Virus record (IMG/VR): IMGVR_UViG_3300037182_000030
Coordinates: 1-59,678 of that record
DNA from: a virus
Taxonomy: Duplodnaviria; Caudoviricetes
Length of the DNA stretch: 59,678 bases
Strand: one strand, 5' to 3'
The notes under the pieces were generated by a model. It did no database searches, was not told the origin of the DNA, and saw nothing but the letters and a program-made list of their open reading frames with translations. The translations under genes were made by a program, and so were the position numbers. How positions within the stretch are numbered: position 1 is the first letter of the stretch; each line of letters opens with the position of its first letter. This document shows positions 48,138 through 56,813 of this stretch, in pieces.

Positions 48138-48773
48138 GTGAACTTAAAACCACATCCCCAAATAAAAAACGAAACAGGCAAGAAATACGGGAGATTGTTT
48201 GTGGAGTCTTTAGGGGTTATCAAAAAACGGAAGGCTTACTGGAAGTGTGTTTGCGATTGCGGAAAACATTGCCAGATTTGTGGAACGTCGCTTAGAAATG
48301 GAATGACGCAATCGTGCGGTTGCTGGCGTCAAGACACCGCAGCATTGCGAGCCTACAAACATGGAAGCGCAATAACAGAATCAACAGAATACAGATCTTG
48401 GAAACATGCAAAAAACAGGTGCCAAAACAGTAAAAACAAAGCCTTCAAATACTACGGAGCTAGGGGAATAAAGATTTGCAATCGGTGGAATCATTCATTT
48501 GAAAATTTCTTAAAAGACATGGGCAAAAAGCCGACAGGGAAAAGCCTTGACCGTAAAAACAACAACGGCAATTACACGCCAAAGAACTGCCGGTGGGCAA
48601 CACCATACGAGCAGTCAAACAACAGCCGACATTGCAGAATCATAAAATACGGCGGTATCAGTAAAACGCTTAAAGGATGGGCAGATTGGAGCGGCATAAA
48701 TATCAGAACCTTACATTCAAGGCTGAAAAACAAAACAATTGGAATGGCCTTAAATACGCCAGTCCGAAAATAA
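48138..48773 (+). CDS. HNH homing endonuclease
   Basis: G.KYGRL.V....W.C.CDCG...L..G.T.SCGC...YGARGI.IC.RW..F.NFL.DMG..P...LDR.NNNGNY.P.NCRWAT. Confidence 0.9.
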   Translation: MNLKPHPQIKNETGKKYGRLFVESLGVIKKRKAYWKCVCDCGKHCQICGTSLRNGMTQSCGCWRQDTAALRAYKHGSAITESTEYRSWKHAKNRCQNSKNKAFKYYGARGIKICNRWNHSFENFLKDMGKKPTGKSLDRKNNNGNYTPKNCRWATPYEQSNNSRHCRIIKYGGISKTLKGWADWSGINIRTLHSRLKNKTIGMALNTPVRK

Positions 48774-48774
48774 A

Positions 48775-49059
48775 ATGACACCGCTCGAAACGCTTTTGGC
48801 GCAATGGTGGCCAAACGTCAGGCCGTCCGGGGATAAAAATATATTCCTCGTTCGGTCGCGTTCATCGCCGAATGTCTGGCGGCGCGTGGATGCCCAAGGG
48901 CGTTTCGGGATTGGTATTTGCAACTGTCCTGACAACCAGAAAAACAAAAACCCGTCATGCCATCATATTCAATCCGTTCGCGGGTGGATTATGCAGGTGA
49001 CAATGTATTCGGAAATAAAAAAAGACTTGGAAGGCAGCCGAAAGCCTGTTACAAATTGA
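48775..49059 (+). CDS. SWIM zinc-finger protein
   Basis: CNCPD......C.HI. Confidence 0.65.
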   Translation: MTPLETLLAQWWPNVRPSGDKNIFLVRSRSSPNVWRRVDAQGRFGIGICNCPDNQKNKNPSCHHIQSVRGWIMQVTMYSEIKKDLEGSRKPVTN

Positions 49060-49078
49060 CCCGACGAAAGAAAAGAAC

Positions 49079-49618
49079 ATGACAAAAAACGAAGCCATCG
49101 CAATCGCCTATTTCAAAACGCTGGTGGAATCATTTATCGCTCATCCCCAGGATTTGAAGGTATCGGCAATAGAGGACGCGGATTGGGTGTCTGTGCGGCC
49201 ATCATGCAACTCGAAAGATTTTGGGCGCATTGTCGGCAGCGGCGGAAAACTTTATATCATTTTGAAAATGTTGATGGGTTTGGCGGGAAAGAAGGCCGGC
49301 AAAGAATTTTTGCTTCAAAGGATGGCTCCCGCACAAGGCGACAGAGAATTCATCAACCCGACGCCGGCAAAAGAAAATTGGAGCAAGTCAGACACGGAAA
49401 AAGTCGGGTGGATTCTTCGGGACATTGCCAAAGGCGTTTTGAAAAACGATTTTGCTTTCCACGCCAAAGGCGACACCGAACGGACGGTCTTAAAAATCGC
49501 AATTGACGACAACGAACCGCTTCCAATCCAGCACGAGGATTTGATTTTTGCATTGAGTCGAATCATCGGGGCGGTCGGAAACGTCTTGGGAAGGGAAATC
49601 AAAGTCGAATCGGCCTGA
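49079..49618 (+). CDS. KH-domain RNA-binding protein (KhpA-like)
   Basis: LV...I.HP.D..V......D.GRIVG..G. Confidence 0.7.
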   Translation: MTKNEAIAIAYFKTLVESFIAHPQDLKVSAIEDADWVSVRPSCNSKDFGRIVGSGGKLYIILKMLMGLAGKKAGKEFLLQRMAPAQGDREFINPTPAKENWSKSDTEKVGWILRDIAKGVLKNDFAFHAKGDTERTVLKIAIDDNEPLPIQHEDLIFALSRIIGAVGNVLGREIKVESA

Positions 49619-49639
49619 CGGTCAAACCAAGAAAAGAAT

Positions 49640-50062
49640 ATGAGCCTACAACACACCACAGCGCGCCGGAGCCAGCCCAAGCCATTTGCATCCGCGAAGG
49701 CGGCTGGCGTAGCAGGGAGGCGGCAAGTCGCGAGCCGGACAGCCAAAAAACGGGCTGGTGATGAATGTCCAACGTGTGGCCAAAAAGGAGAGCGGGTCGA
49801 GCCGGAAATCATGCTGTGCAGAAATCCTCACTGCGGAACGGAATTTTTCAGAGTATTGTTCCACATGGCACAAAAAACAATCCATCGCCGATGCGTTTGC
49901 GGACGGCTCAAAGAGCGAGTCGAAAAGCGATATTGCCGCAAGTGCGGAATCCTTCACGGCATGAGAATGCACGCCGCGCACATTGGCCGGGGGACTGGAC
50001 CGAACGCCAGGTCAAAGAAAATTCAACGGTTGATGCCGTCATTGCCATTGGAGGAAACATGA
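49640..50062 (+). CDS. Zinc-finger hypothetical protein
   Basis: CPTC, C.NPHC, C.C, C..C. Confidence 0.5.
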   Translation: MSLQHTTARRSQPKPFASAKAAGVAGRRQVASRTAKKRAGDECPTCGQKGERVEPEIMLCRNPHCGTEFFRVLFHMAQKTIHRRCVCGRLKERVEKRYCRKCGILHGMRMHAAHIGRGTGPNARSKKIQRLMPSLPLEET

Positions 50063-50631
50063 TTCAGCGCAAAACACTATTCAGCGATGACAGAAAATTC
50101 CGCTACACGCTTTGGCGGGAATTTTATCCGATTTTTGCGACCGATGGCGCCGCCGGGAAAGTTCCAATCGAAGGGAACAAGTCGCATCATTTTGTGATGT
50201 TCATCGGCCTGAATCCGTCCACCGCAACAGAAACAGAAGACGACCCCACAAACCGACGTTGCATCCGGTTTGCGAAGGAGTGGGGATTTGGAGCTTACTG
50301 CATGACGAACCTTTTTGCATTTTGCACGGCCTATCCGAAAGTTTTGACCGAAGCTGGACATCCAATCGGCGAGCCTGGGAATTACATCACAGTCGGAAAC
50401 GCAGGTTTTGATAACCGGAATGACTATTGGCTTTATCTGACTGGCCGCGAAGCTGGTTTAATCGTCGCCGCATGGGGATCGTTTCCGCAAGCTGTAGAGC
50501 GAGCAAAAACAATCCGCAAAATGTTCGCCGGGAAACTTTACTGCCTCGGACAAACCGCCAATGGAAGCCCAAAGCATCCTCTTTATTTGCAAGCCGACAC
50601 GAAGCCAATCCTTTACGATGAACCAAAATGA
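50059..50631 (+). CDS. DUF1643-family protein
   Basis: RY.LWR; FIGLNPSTA....DDPT.RRC..FA..WG; NLFA; VAAWG; G.P.HPLY. Confidence 0.88.
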   Translation: MIQRKTLFSDDRKFRYTLWREFYPIFATDGAAGKVPIEGNKSHHFVMFIGLNPSTATETEDDPTNRRCIRFAKEWGFGAYCMTNLFAFCTAYPKVLTEAGHPIGEPGNYITVGNAGFDNRNDYWLYLTGREAGLIVAAWGSFPQAVERAKTIRKMFAGKLYCLGQTANGSPKHPLYLQADTKPILYDEPK

Positions 50632-51146
50632 TTGCCCGCCGAAAAACACCAAGACCGCTCGCCTTATGGACTCAACTACCAGGGGCGCGTTTGACGCCTT
50701 CGCCAAAGGGACGCCAGCGAGAAAAGAATGGCGCAAGTGGATTCCGTTCCTTCACCCGGTCGAAATACTTATCGAAATTGCCAAGGCAAAAGCCGATCAA
50801 AAAAGTGTCCACTAAAAAACAAAAGTCAGACCGGCTTTACATGGCCATCGCAAAAGAGCATCGCCGGCAGCCGGGCAACGATTATTGCCGGGTTAAATTC
50901 GCGCTGACAAGACGAGTAATTCCGGCAACTCACACGCACCACATTCGAGGCCGACTGAAAACTCTGAAATTCGACACGCGATTCTTTTGCCACACGACAT
51001 TTGAAAATAATCTTTGGCCTCACAGGAATCCAAAAAAGGCGCAAGCGTTGGGATTGATCGCTGGGCCGGGAGAGTGGAACGTCGCGCCAAATGACGCGGA
51101 AACTGAACGGATCAAAAGCTGGATGATTGAAAAAGGAATCTGGTAA
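50628..51146 (+). CDS. HNH-like protein; its stop forms the distal boundary of the array
   Basis: C......AT..HH.RGR; ends TGG TAA|C. Confidence 0.55.
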   Translation: MIARRKTPRPLALWTQLPGARLTPSPKGRQREKNGASGFRSFTRSKYLSKLPRQKPIKKVSTKKQKSDRLYMAIAKEHRRQPGNDYCRVKFALTRRVIPATHTHHIRGRLKTLKFDTRFFCHTTFENNLWPHRNPKKAQALGLIAGPGEWNVAPNDAETERIKSWMIEKGIW

Positions 51147-51238
51147 CGCATAGCTCTGCCATGAACACCGCGCCAACGATGCCCGATTGCAATGAAACCG
51201 CCAACGCGGTGGTCATTGGCAGCAGCGCATGGTTAGAC
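51141..51238 (-). repeat. attC: attC #16 (distal)
   Basis: TAAC-GCTCTGCCATGA / TCATtGGCAGcAGC-GTTAGAC. Confidence 0.85.
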
Positions 51239-51988
51239 GCCATTGTGTGTGATGACAATGTGAAAGTCCTCTCCGGCCTGCCTGATGCGTGTATAGACCT
51301 GACGGTAACAAGCCCACCGTATGACGACATCTTCGCGTATGGTGGTCACTCGTGGGACTTCAACGCGCTCGCGGCGCAACTCGCCCGCGTGACAAAGCCG
51401 GGCGGCGTGGTGGTGTGGATAATCGGCGACCAGACAAAGAACGGCGCGGAAACGCTGACGAGCTTCCGGCAAGCTCTCGCCTTCGACGCGCTCGGACTGC
51501 GGATGCACGACACGATGATCTACGAGAAATCCGGCGTGGCATACCCTGACAGCAACCGATACCTGCAAGTCGTGGAATGGATGTTCGTCATGTCGAAGGG
51601 AAAACCGAAAACCGCGAACCTGCTGCGTGACCGGCCAAATAAATACGTCGGCACGATGGGCGGCAACGGACGCGGCGGACTGTGCAAGCGAAATGAGAAC
51701 GGCATCCGCTTCAACATCTGGCGATACCCGACTGGCCGCGACAACTCGACAAAAGACCGCGTGGCATACGAGCATCCGTGCGTGATGCCGGAAGCTCTCG
51801 CCCGCGACCATATCCTGACGTGGAGCAAGGAAGGTGAAACCGTGCTGGACTGCTTCGCTGGCAGCGGCACGACTCTGAAAATGGCACGGGAAACCAACCG
51901 CCGATACCTCGGCATCGAAGTGAATCAAACCTATGTGGACATCATCAACAAACGCCTCGAAAACCATGCGCTCCCGCTTGGCGTCTAA
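51161..51988 (+). CDS. Cassette cargo: DNA N4/N6 methyltransferase
   Basis: VTSPPY; HPCVMP; VLDCFAGSGTT; start codon inside attC. Confidence 0.92.
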   Translation: MNTAPTMPDCNETANAVVIGSSAWLDAIVCDDNVKVLSGLPDACIDLTVTSPPYDDIFAYGGHSWDFNALAAQLARVTKPGGVVVWIIGDQTKNGAETLTSFRQALAFDALGLRMHDTMIYEKSGVAYPDSNRYLQVVEWMFVMSKGKPKTANLLRDRPNKYVGTMGGNGRGGLCKRNENGIRFNIWRYPTGRDNSTKDRVAYEHPCVMPEALARDHILTWSKEGETVLDCFAGSGTTLKMARETNRRYLGIEVNQTYVDIINKRLENHALPLGV

Positions 51989-52072
51989 CATTGAGTCCAG
52001 CCATGCCGGGGCTGTGACTCCCAAATGAAACTGAAGCGGCCAACCGGCATTGGCTGCGACGATTTGTTGGGC
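51983..52072 (-). repeat. attC: attC #15
   Basis: GTCTAAC-GTCCAGCCATGCCGG / CCGGCATtGGCTGcGAC-GTTGGGC. Confidence 0.88.
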
Positions 52073-52103
52073 AGGCCGGTCTGAAAATAAGTGAAAATAA
52101 ATC

Positions 52104-52132
52104 TTGCTATCCGAACCGCTTGGGTTTAATCT
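52104..52132 (+). promoter_or_regulatory. Cassette-internal promoter
   Basis: TTGCTA-17-TAATCT, ATG 7 nt downstream. Confidence 0.55.
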
Positions 52133-52139
52133 CTCTTCA

Positions 52140-52388
52140 ATGAAAACATACTATGCCACCGCAAAAGACTGCAAAGAATTTGATACCGCAATCGCGAGCC
52201 TCCGGCCACTCGCAATCTCAATAGCGGAGACGCGCCGGTTGCTCGTAATGGCTGGGGTCGGAACATTCGGCACGGAAAAAGAACGCCAGATGCTTGCGAA
52301 ATTTGAGGATAAAATCACCAAACTCCAAACGAAGCTCTATAAACGCGCTCAAAAGGCTTGGTATCATTCCGCAGGAACCGTCCAATGA
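52140..52388 (+). CDS. Cassette cargo: hypothetical protein
   Basis: MKTYYATAK... Confidence 0.6.
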   Translation: MKTYYATAKDCKEFDTAIASLRPLAISIAETRRLLVMAGVGTFGTEKERQMLAKFEDKITKLQTKLYKRAQKAWYHSAGTVQ

Positions 52389-52528
52389 ATAAGGCCGCTC
52401 AATCTCTCGGACGCCTCGGCGGTCTAGCGAAGTCGAAAGCCAAGACTGCCGCTGCGCGTCGTAACGCAAAACTCGGTGGACGCCCGAAGAAAACCAAACG
52501 CTCGGCCCGGCGGCCTAACGCCGCGTGA
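52385..52528 (+). CDS. Cassette cargo: small basic GGRP peptide
   Basis: MNKAAQSLGRLGGLAKSKAKTAAARRNAKLGGRPKK...; not in the ORF track. Confidence 0.7.
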   Translation: MNKAAQSLGRLGGLAKSKAKTAAARRNAKLGGRPKKTKRSARRPNAA

Positions 52529-52620
52529 TGAGCCACGCGAGAATTTTATGAAACCAAAAACACTGAAAAAGACCAATCGCAAACCCGTAACCCGCGTTGG
52601 CTCCGGCACGCTTGTTAGCC
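52513..52620 (-). repeat. attC: attC #14
   Basis: GCCTAAC-GAGCCACGCG / CGCGTtGGCTC-GTTAGCC. Confidence 0.8.
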
Positions 52621-52856
52621 GACGGGTGAGGCTTGAATTTATGGTAGTGCCAGAACTACTCGCTACCAAAGCGTATGTCCCGACCCCGGTGCGCTGCAAA
52701 ATAATAGACCCGGAAGCAATCTTTCTGACGGGCATCTTGGGTGACAGTGGCCGCAAACTGGTAAAAGCTGGAATTGAGTTCTACTTTACGAAGCGTCTTG
52801 CTAACAAGTTAATCTCAAAGCGAATTGCCGTGAAGTCGGCTAACGAAAAAAGCTGA
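52548..52856 (+). CDS. Cassette cargo: hypothetical protein
   Basis: Start inside attC #14, stop inside attC #13. Confidence 0.6.
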   Translation: MKPKTLKKTNRKPVTRVGSGTLVSRRVRLEFMVVPELLATKAYVPTPVRCKIIDPEAIFLTGILGDSGRKLVKAGIEFYFTKRLANKLISKRIAVKSANEKS

Positions 52857-52963
52857 GCCACGGCGACGGGAAACAATCTCCGACTGCAAATGAAACAACC
52901 AAATAACCAAATAGCGCCGAAACTGACGGGGCAGTCGCCGTTGGCTCCGGCGCGTTGTTATGG
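52838..52963 (-). repeat. attC: attC #13
   Basis: GGCTAAC-GCTGAGCCACGGCGAC / GTCGCCGTtGGCTCcGGC-GTTATGG. Confidence 0.88.
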
Positions 52964-53499
52964 CTCAAATTATGAATAAACTGACTCAAAAAATTCGGTC
53001 TGCTTACGAGCAAATTAAGAAGCGGCCATTCGACCGCCTTCCGCTTCACGGCGTTGGGGCGGAAATTGGCGTCTATCGCGGCATCCACGCCCGTAAATTT
53101 CTCAACCGCATTGCCGTCCAAAAGCTCTACGTCGTTGATCCGTGGATAAACTACACGCAAATGTTTGATCTGCCGCAAGCGGAGCGCATCTGTCACTTTC
53201 TGCTGGACGGGTTTGAGGATAGGTGTGTTTTCTGCAAAGCCACGGCGCAGACGGCCAATCTCCCGCAACTGGACTTCGCCTACATAGACGCGTTGCACAC
53301 TGATGAGGGCGTAACTGCCGACATGGAAACAATCTGGCCGCTGATAAAGCCCGGCGGAATCATGGGCGGTCACGACTTTGACACGAACTGGCCGGGAGTG
53401 GTGCAAGGCGTCATCCGATTCGTGGCGAAAAACAACCTGACGCTTAACGTCCAGTCGCCGGATTGGTGGGTGGTCAAAAGCCATAACGACCCGAACTGA
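52960..53499 (+). CDS. Cassette cargo: class I SAM-dependent methyltransferase (Methyltransf_24-like)
   Basis: GAEIGVYRG, VDPW, DFAYIDA.H, IKPGG.M.GHDF. Confidence 0.85.
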   Translation: MAQIMNKLTQKIRSAYEQIKKRPFDRLPLHGVGAEIGVYRGIHARKFLNRIAVQKLYVVDPWINYTQMFDLPQAERICHFLLDGFEDRCVFCKATAQTANLPQLDFAYIDALHTDEGVTADMETIWPLIKPGGIMGGHDFDTNWPGVVQGVIRFVAKNNLTLNVQSPDWWVVKSHNDPN

Positions 53500-53591
53500 G
53501 ACACCGCCGATGTGCGGTGTCCGAACTCTAAAAAATCTTATGGCAAAAAAGAAAGCGTCAACGGCGGTTGTCTCCAGTGAGATGGTTCGGC
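53481..53591 (-). repeat. attC: attC #12
   Basis: CCATAAC-ACTGAGACACCGCCG / CGGCGGTtGTCTCcAGT-GTTCGGC. Confidence 0.88.
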
Positions 53592-53908
53592 AGCCGGATA
53601 ACCTGTATCTCCAATGGCACGGGGATGCTGAACCGACCGACTCACCAATCAGCGTGATGGATGTCACATGGTCACGAGATAAAATCTGGCCGTATGACAT
53701 CGAATATGCCCGCGTCCCAAACGATGCCTTCATCGCCCCACTGATGAGGTGGCTGGTGCAACGGGAAGGAAAATGCGCGGCGACAACCATGAGCATCCTT
53801 AAACGCAAGCTCGACCGCTACATCGAAACCGCCAATCACGAAGAATGGCGCAAGCTGCCGAACGTCCTGCGTGAGCCAAGCGGGACTGACGGCTCACGAT
53901 TGAAATGA
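53540..53908 (+). CDS. Cassette cargo: hypothetical protein
   Basis: P...YLQW......VTW..D.I...DIEY.R phage-type motif. Confidence 0.65.
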   Translation: MAKKKASTAVVSSEMVRQPDNLYLQWHGDAEPTDSPISVMDVTWSRDKIWPYDIEYARVPNDAFIAPLMRWLVQREGKCAATTMSILKRKLDRYIETANHEEWRKLPNVLREPSGTDGSRLK

Positions 53909-53946
53909 CAGCGACAACCCGCTTTGGCTCCACGCAGTTGTTGGGC
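53857..53946 (-). repeat. attC: attC #11
   Basis: GCCGAAC-CGTGAGCCAAGCGGG / CCCGCTTtGGCTCcACG-GTTGGGC. Confidence 0.88.
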
Positions 53947-54402
53947 AGGCCGGCTGAAAATATACAAATGAAAATACATCTGATAATCGAAATCGAGGAC
54001 GACGGAAAGACGCGCCGCGCCACCGTGCAGCGCGTGGCGAAAGTCGCGGAACTCAACGGCGACCGTGAACTGCTCATCGCGCCAGCCGCCGCGCTCGAAA
54101 TCATCAAGAAACAGAAGCGTGCAAAAATCGCGGATGTCGCGCCCGCGCCAGTGCCGCCGCTACCTGAACCGGACGCGCCGAAAATCGAGCGCAAAGGCTC
54201 CGGCCCGCAATTCGATCCCGGCTTTCTGAAAATCATCGAGGATGCGCCCGAACCGTTCACGCGCCGGAGTCTCGCGGTGAGTAGCGGCTTGAAAGTCGAG
54301 GACGTGACACAACGGCTAATCCGGCTGCACAAGAAAGGCTGGATACACCAGCCCGCCCGCGAAATGTGGGTGAGAACCAAAACCTTTGGAGAAAAGCCGT
54401 GA
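53905..54402 (+). CDS. Cassette cargo: protein with C-terminal winged helix
   Basis: PFT...LA...GL....V...L.RL.KKGWI. Confidence 0.6.
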   Translation: MTATTRFGSTQLLGRPAENIQMKIHLIIEIEDDGKTRRATVQRVAKVAELNGDRELLIAPAAALEIIKKQKRAKIADVAPAPVPPLPEPDAPKIERKGSGPQFDPGFLKIIEDAPEPFTRRSLAVSSGLKVEDVTQRLIRLHKKGWIHQPAREMWVRTKTFGEKP

Positions 54403-54680
54403 GCAACTTCGACAAGCAATATGCGCGGCAAGGTGGCCGGTGCTTCTGGTGCCAACATCTTGTGCCAGTCGCGGCCATGACCCGCGACCATATCGAGCCA
54501 AAAACCCACGGCGGCGCAAACGACTGGTCAAACATCGTGCTGGCCTGCGCCAAGTGCAACGAAGCCAAGTCCGCGCTCCATGTCGGCAGCATCCGGTTCG
54601 ACAAGAGGCTGCGGAAAGTAATGCGCGGAGAAATCTATCGCTTCATCCGCCGGGAAACATTCAAACACAACGCGACATGA
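54399..54680 (+). CDS. Cassette cargo: HNH endonuclease
   Basis: Q.GRCFWC......T.DHI.P...GG.N...NIVLAC..CN..K. Confidence 0.85.
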   Translation: MSNFDKQYARQGGRCFWCQHLVPVAAMTRDHIEPKTHGGANDWSNIVLACAKCNEAKSALHVGSIRFDKRLRKVMRGEIYRFIRRETFKHNAT

Positions 54681-54687
54681 ACCGGCT

Positions 54688-54816
54688 GCCCAACGACTGA
54701 CTTCAGACACCGCCGACAATATGCAAACCAACTCTGAACCAACTGCGATGCCCGCCGAAGCCAACAACTCCCGAACCGCCAGCGATGAGGCGGTTGTCTG
54801 CAAGGAATTGTTGGGC
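54688..54816 (-). repeat. attC: attC #10
   Basis: GCCCAAC-CTTCAGACACCGCC / GGCGGTtGTCTGcAAG-GTTGGGC. Confidence 0.88.
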
Positions 54817-55077
54817 TGCGGTGGTAAGACTGCCATCAAACCATACAAGGAACTAAAACCGTGTCCTTTCTGTTTCGGTGCGGCCTGCCTCCATCGTCGG
54901 CGGTCGGTGAACAATGCCGTAGGCCACGCGAAAACCGGGTGGGTGTATCACGTCCACTGCACCGACTGCGGCGCTCATTTTCACGAGGACGGAAACGAAG
55001 GAAGTGCTGTCTCGCGCTGGAACTCACGAGAGCAGCCCAACGGTCGGGATCAGAGGCCCGGCGACCAAAACGCATGA
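54721..55077 (+). CDS. Cassette cargo: Lar-family restriction alleviation-like protein
   Basis: ELKPCPFC.G....V.C..CGA......A...WN.R. Confidence 0.75.
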   Translation: MQTNSEPTAMPAEANNSRTASDEAVVCKELLGCGGKTAIKPYKELKPCPFCFGAACLHRRRSVNNAVGHAKTGWVYHVHCTDCGAHFHEDGNEGSAVSRWNSREQPNGRDQRPGDQNA

Positions 55078-55125
55078 ATACGAATGAGACGCAATCGCCG
55101 GGTTCTCTGCATCCCGTGGTTCGGC
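55035..55125 (-). repeat. attC: attC #9
   Basis: GCCCAAC-GATCAGAGGCCCGGCGA / TCGCCGGGTtCTCTGcATC-GTTCGGC. Confidence 0.88.
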
Positions 55126-55418
55126 ATCCCTCGTTCGATGCTGATGGATACCCAACCGAGGAAACCGAACTGGCAATCAAGGCGTGGGACTTTCGAGACG
55201 CGCCCGGCTGGCTGGCATACATCCGCGAGGCGTGGAATCACCACTATGGTAGAATGTGGGAAGACAACGGAACGATCAAGATGGCGACTGGCGGATGGAG
55301 TGGCAACGAATCAATCACGCACTCCATGCGAGAGAACTACATCCTATGGTCGCTGCTTTGGGAATCGTCGCATCGGGGCGGCCTCGAAGTGCTCAGGATG
55401 CCGAACATTTCAAGCTGA
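55074..55418 (+). CDS. Cassette cargo: conserved phage hypothetical
   Basis: D.DGYPTEE....I..W...TGGWSGNE.I......W...W.SS.RGG. Confidence 0.7.
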   Translation: MNTNETQSPGSLHPVVRHPSFDADGYPTEETELAIKAWDFRDAPGWLAYIREAWNHHYGRMWEDNGTIKMATGGWSGNESITHSMRENYILWSLLWESSHRGGLEVLRMPNISS

Positions 55419-55509
55419 GCCACAGGCGCGAACTGAATAAACCGTGAATCTGCAAACCGACATCCAAACGACAGCAGCCCCGCCTGTTGGCTCCGGCGCT
55501 GTGTTAGGC
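55400..55509 (-). repeat. attC: attC #8
   Basis: GCCGAAC-GCTGAGCCACAGGCG / CGCCTGTtGGCTCcGGC-GTTAGGC. Confidence 0.88.
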
Positions 55510-55998
55510 GGCAAGTGTCCGGTGTGTGGCGGGCCGAACCCCAAGCGGCATGGGTCTTTTGAGAAAACTTGTTCTTTAAGTTGCGGCCATAAATTGAGAT
55601 TCCAAACCGACCCCAAAGTAAAAAAGCTTCTGCTAAAATACAGATATGTCTGCCTCGGATGGCACGGAAAAGGAAAAGGCGCGAGGGATAATCCCGACCA
55701 CGCAAACGCCAAAGCCATCCGAGTTCGTGATCCGCTTGGTGTGGTGCATGAAATCAAAAACATAACGTCTTGGTGCCGAAAAAATGAACAACTATTCAAG
55801 CCATACGATAACCCGGAGGCAAAGCTTCCGCTCTGGCGACGCGCACAAGTAGGTCTGACAAGTATTGCTTGCGGAGACAAGTGCTCGTGGCATGGCTGGA
55901 CTGCTGTTTGCGTTTTCGACATAGAAGCTGACCCACTGGCAAGGCGCGTGGCTTTGCCGCCTAACGTGGCGCTAAAACACGGCGGCGATCACCAATGA
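55444..55998 (+). CDS. Cassette cargo: Zn-ribbon plus putative DNA-binding domain protein
   Basis: CPVCG...TCS..C; DP.G....I.N...WCR.N...GW. Confidence 0.6.
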   Translation: MNLQTDIQTTAAPPVGSGAVLGGKCPVCGGPNPKRHGSFEKTCSLSCGHKLRFQTDPKVKKLLLKYRYVCLGWHGKGKGARDNPDHANAKAIRVRDPLGVVHEIKNITSWCRKNEQLFKPYDNPEAKLPLWRRAQVGLTSIACGDKCSWHGWTAVCVFDIEADPLARRVALPPNVALKHGGDHQ

Positions 55999-56066
55999 CT
56001 TTCGACTGCAAATCGAATCTGGAAACTGCGGGGACTCCCGCCGTTGTTTTCAGCAACTGGTTAGGG
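55959..56066 (-). repeat. attC: attC #7
   Basis: GCCTAAC-GCTAAAACACGGCGG / CCGCCGTtGTTTTcAGC-GTTAGGG. Confidence 0.88.
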
Positions 56067-56077
56067 AGCGTCAAACT

Positions 56078-56353
56078 ATGAGCTGGTCACTAAACCTGAT
56101 AGGAAAAAAAGAGGATGTCCAAGCCTGCGTGAAAGCGCAAATCGTGGACACAAAATACGCGCCTGAAATCGGCATGGCAATCATTGCTGAAATCTCGGCG
56201 ATACCAGGGCCAACTGGTGTGCCTGATGGACACTGGAGCGCAACGCACGTCATTGTGCGAGGCAGCGGCCACACTGGCGGCGGCGTGAACGAACTGAAAA
56301 TCGAACCGTTCACGGAATGCAAAACACCTGTGGTAGCACCGCCTGTAACCTGA
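56078..56353 (+). CDS. Cassette cargo: hypothetical protein
   Basis: MSWSLNLIGKK...; coupled to attC-encoded peptide 55995-56081. Confidence 0.65.
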   Translation: MSWSLNLIGKKEDVQACVKAQIVDTKYAPEIGMAIIAEISAIPGPTGVPDGHWSATHVIVRGSGHTGGGVNELKIEPFTECKTPVVAPPVT

Positions 56354-56387
56354 ACCGACGGGGAGCTTGAGCGTCGAAACTCAAGCT

Positions 56388-56497
56388 CCCTAACGATGAA
56401 AGCTGAGCCACCGCTGACTATGGACACACAACAACCAACGACTCCTGCGGCAACCCGCGATGACCAACAGCGGTTGGCTCCGGCGGGTTTGTTAGGC
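56388..56497 (-). repeat. attC: attC #6
   Basis: CCCTAAC-GCTGAGCCACCGCTG / CAGCGGTtGGCTCcGGC-GTTAGGC. Confidence 0.88.
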
Positions 56498-56713
56498 CAC
56501 GTCCGAAAACATGGACTCCAAATAGAATGGTGCCGAGACATCCCGGAAGGCGCGCGAAAACTGGCGGTGAACAGAACTCGTGAAATGCTGATCCACTACG
56601 GGCGCAACATCACCAGCCTGAACATCGAAACCCTAGTGCTGTCTTGCTACCTGCAAGGCATCAATGACTGCTTTGAATACCATGAACATAAATCTAAAAC
56701 TGTGGGCAATTAA
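56420..56713 (+). CDS. Cassette cargo: hypothetical protein
   Basis: Start inside attC #6; L..SCYLQG..D. Confidence 0.6.
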   Translation: MDTQQPTTPAATRDDQQRLAPAGLLGHVRKHGLQIEWCRDIPEGARKLAVNRTREMLIHYGRNITSLNIETLVLSCYLQGINDCFEYHEHKSKTVGN

Positions 56714-56813
56714 AATGATCTTCGTGTGGCGCTGGCGTTGCGGATACTGGGACTGGGACGCATTCCGCGCCGCTTGGAACGTCAAGTGGCCTAACGGCCC
56801 GGATCAGCGATGA
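56682..56813 (+). CDS. Cassette cargo: 43-aa Trp-rich peptide
   Basis: MNINLKLWAIKMIFVWRWRCGYWDWDAFRAAWNVKWPNGPDQR; TGA overlaps ATG 56810. Confidence 0.45.
   Translation: MNINLKLWAIKMIFVWRWRCGYWDWDAFRAAWNVKWPNGPDQR

Noticed and set aside
46863-48773. HNH genes as part of group I introns or inteins
   Set aside because: They are free-standing with their own promoters, and the flanking genes are not visibly split.
52840-53808. Long minus-strand ORFs (also 16913-17965, 51233-52024, 58575-59216) as canonical-orientation cassette genes
   Set aside because: They are shadows of + strand genes with clear motifs, and some cross attC boundaries.
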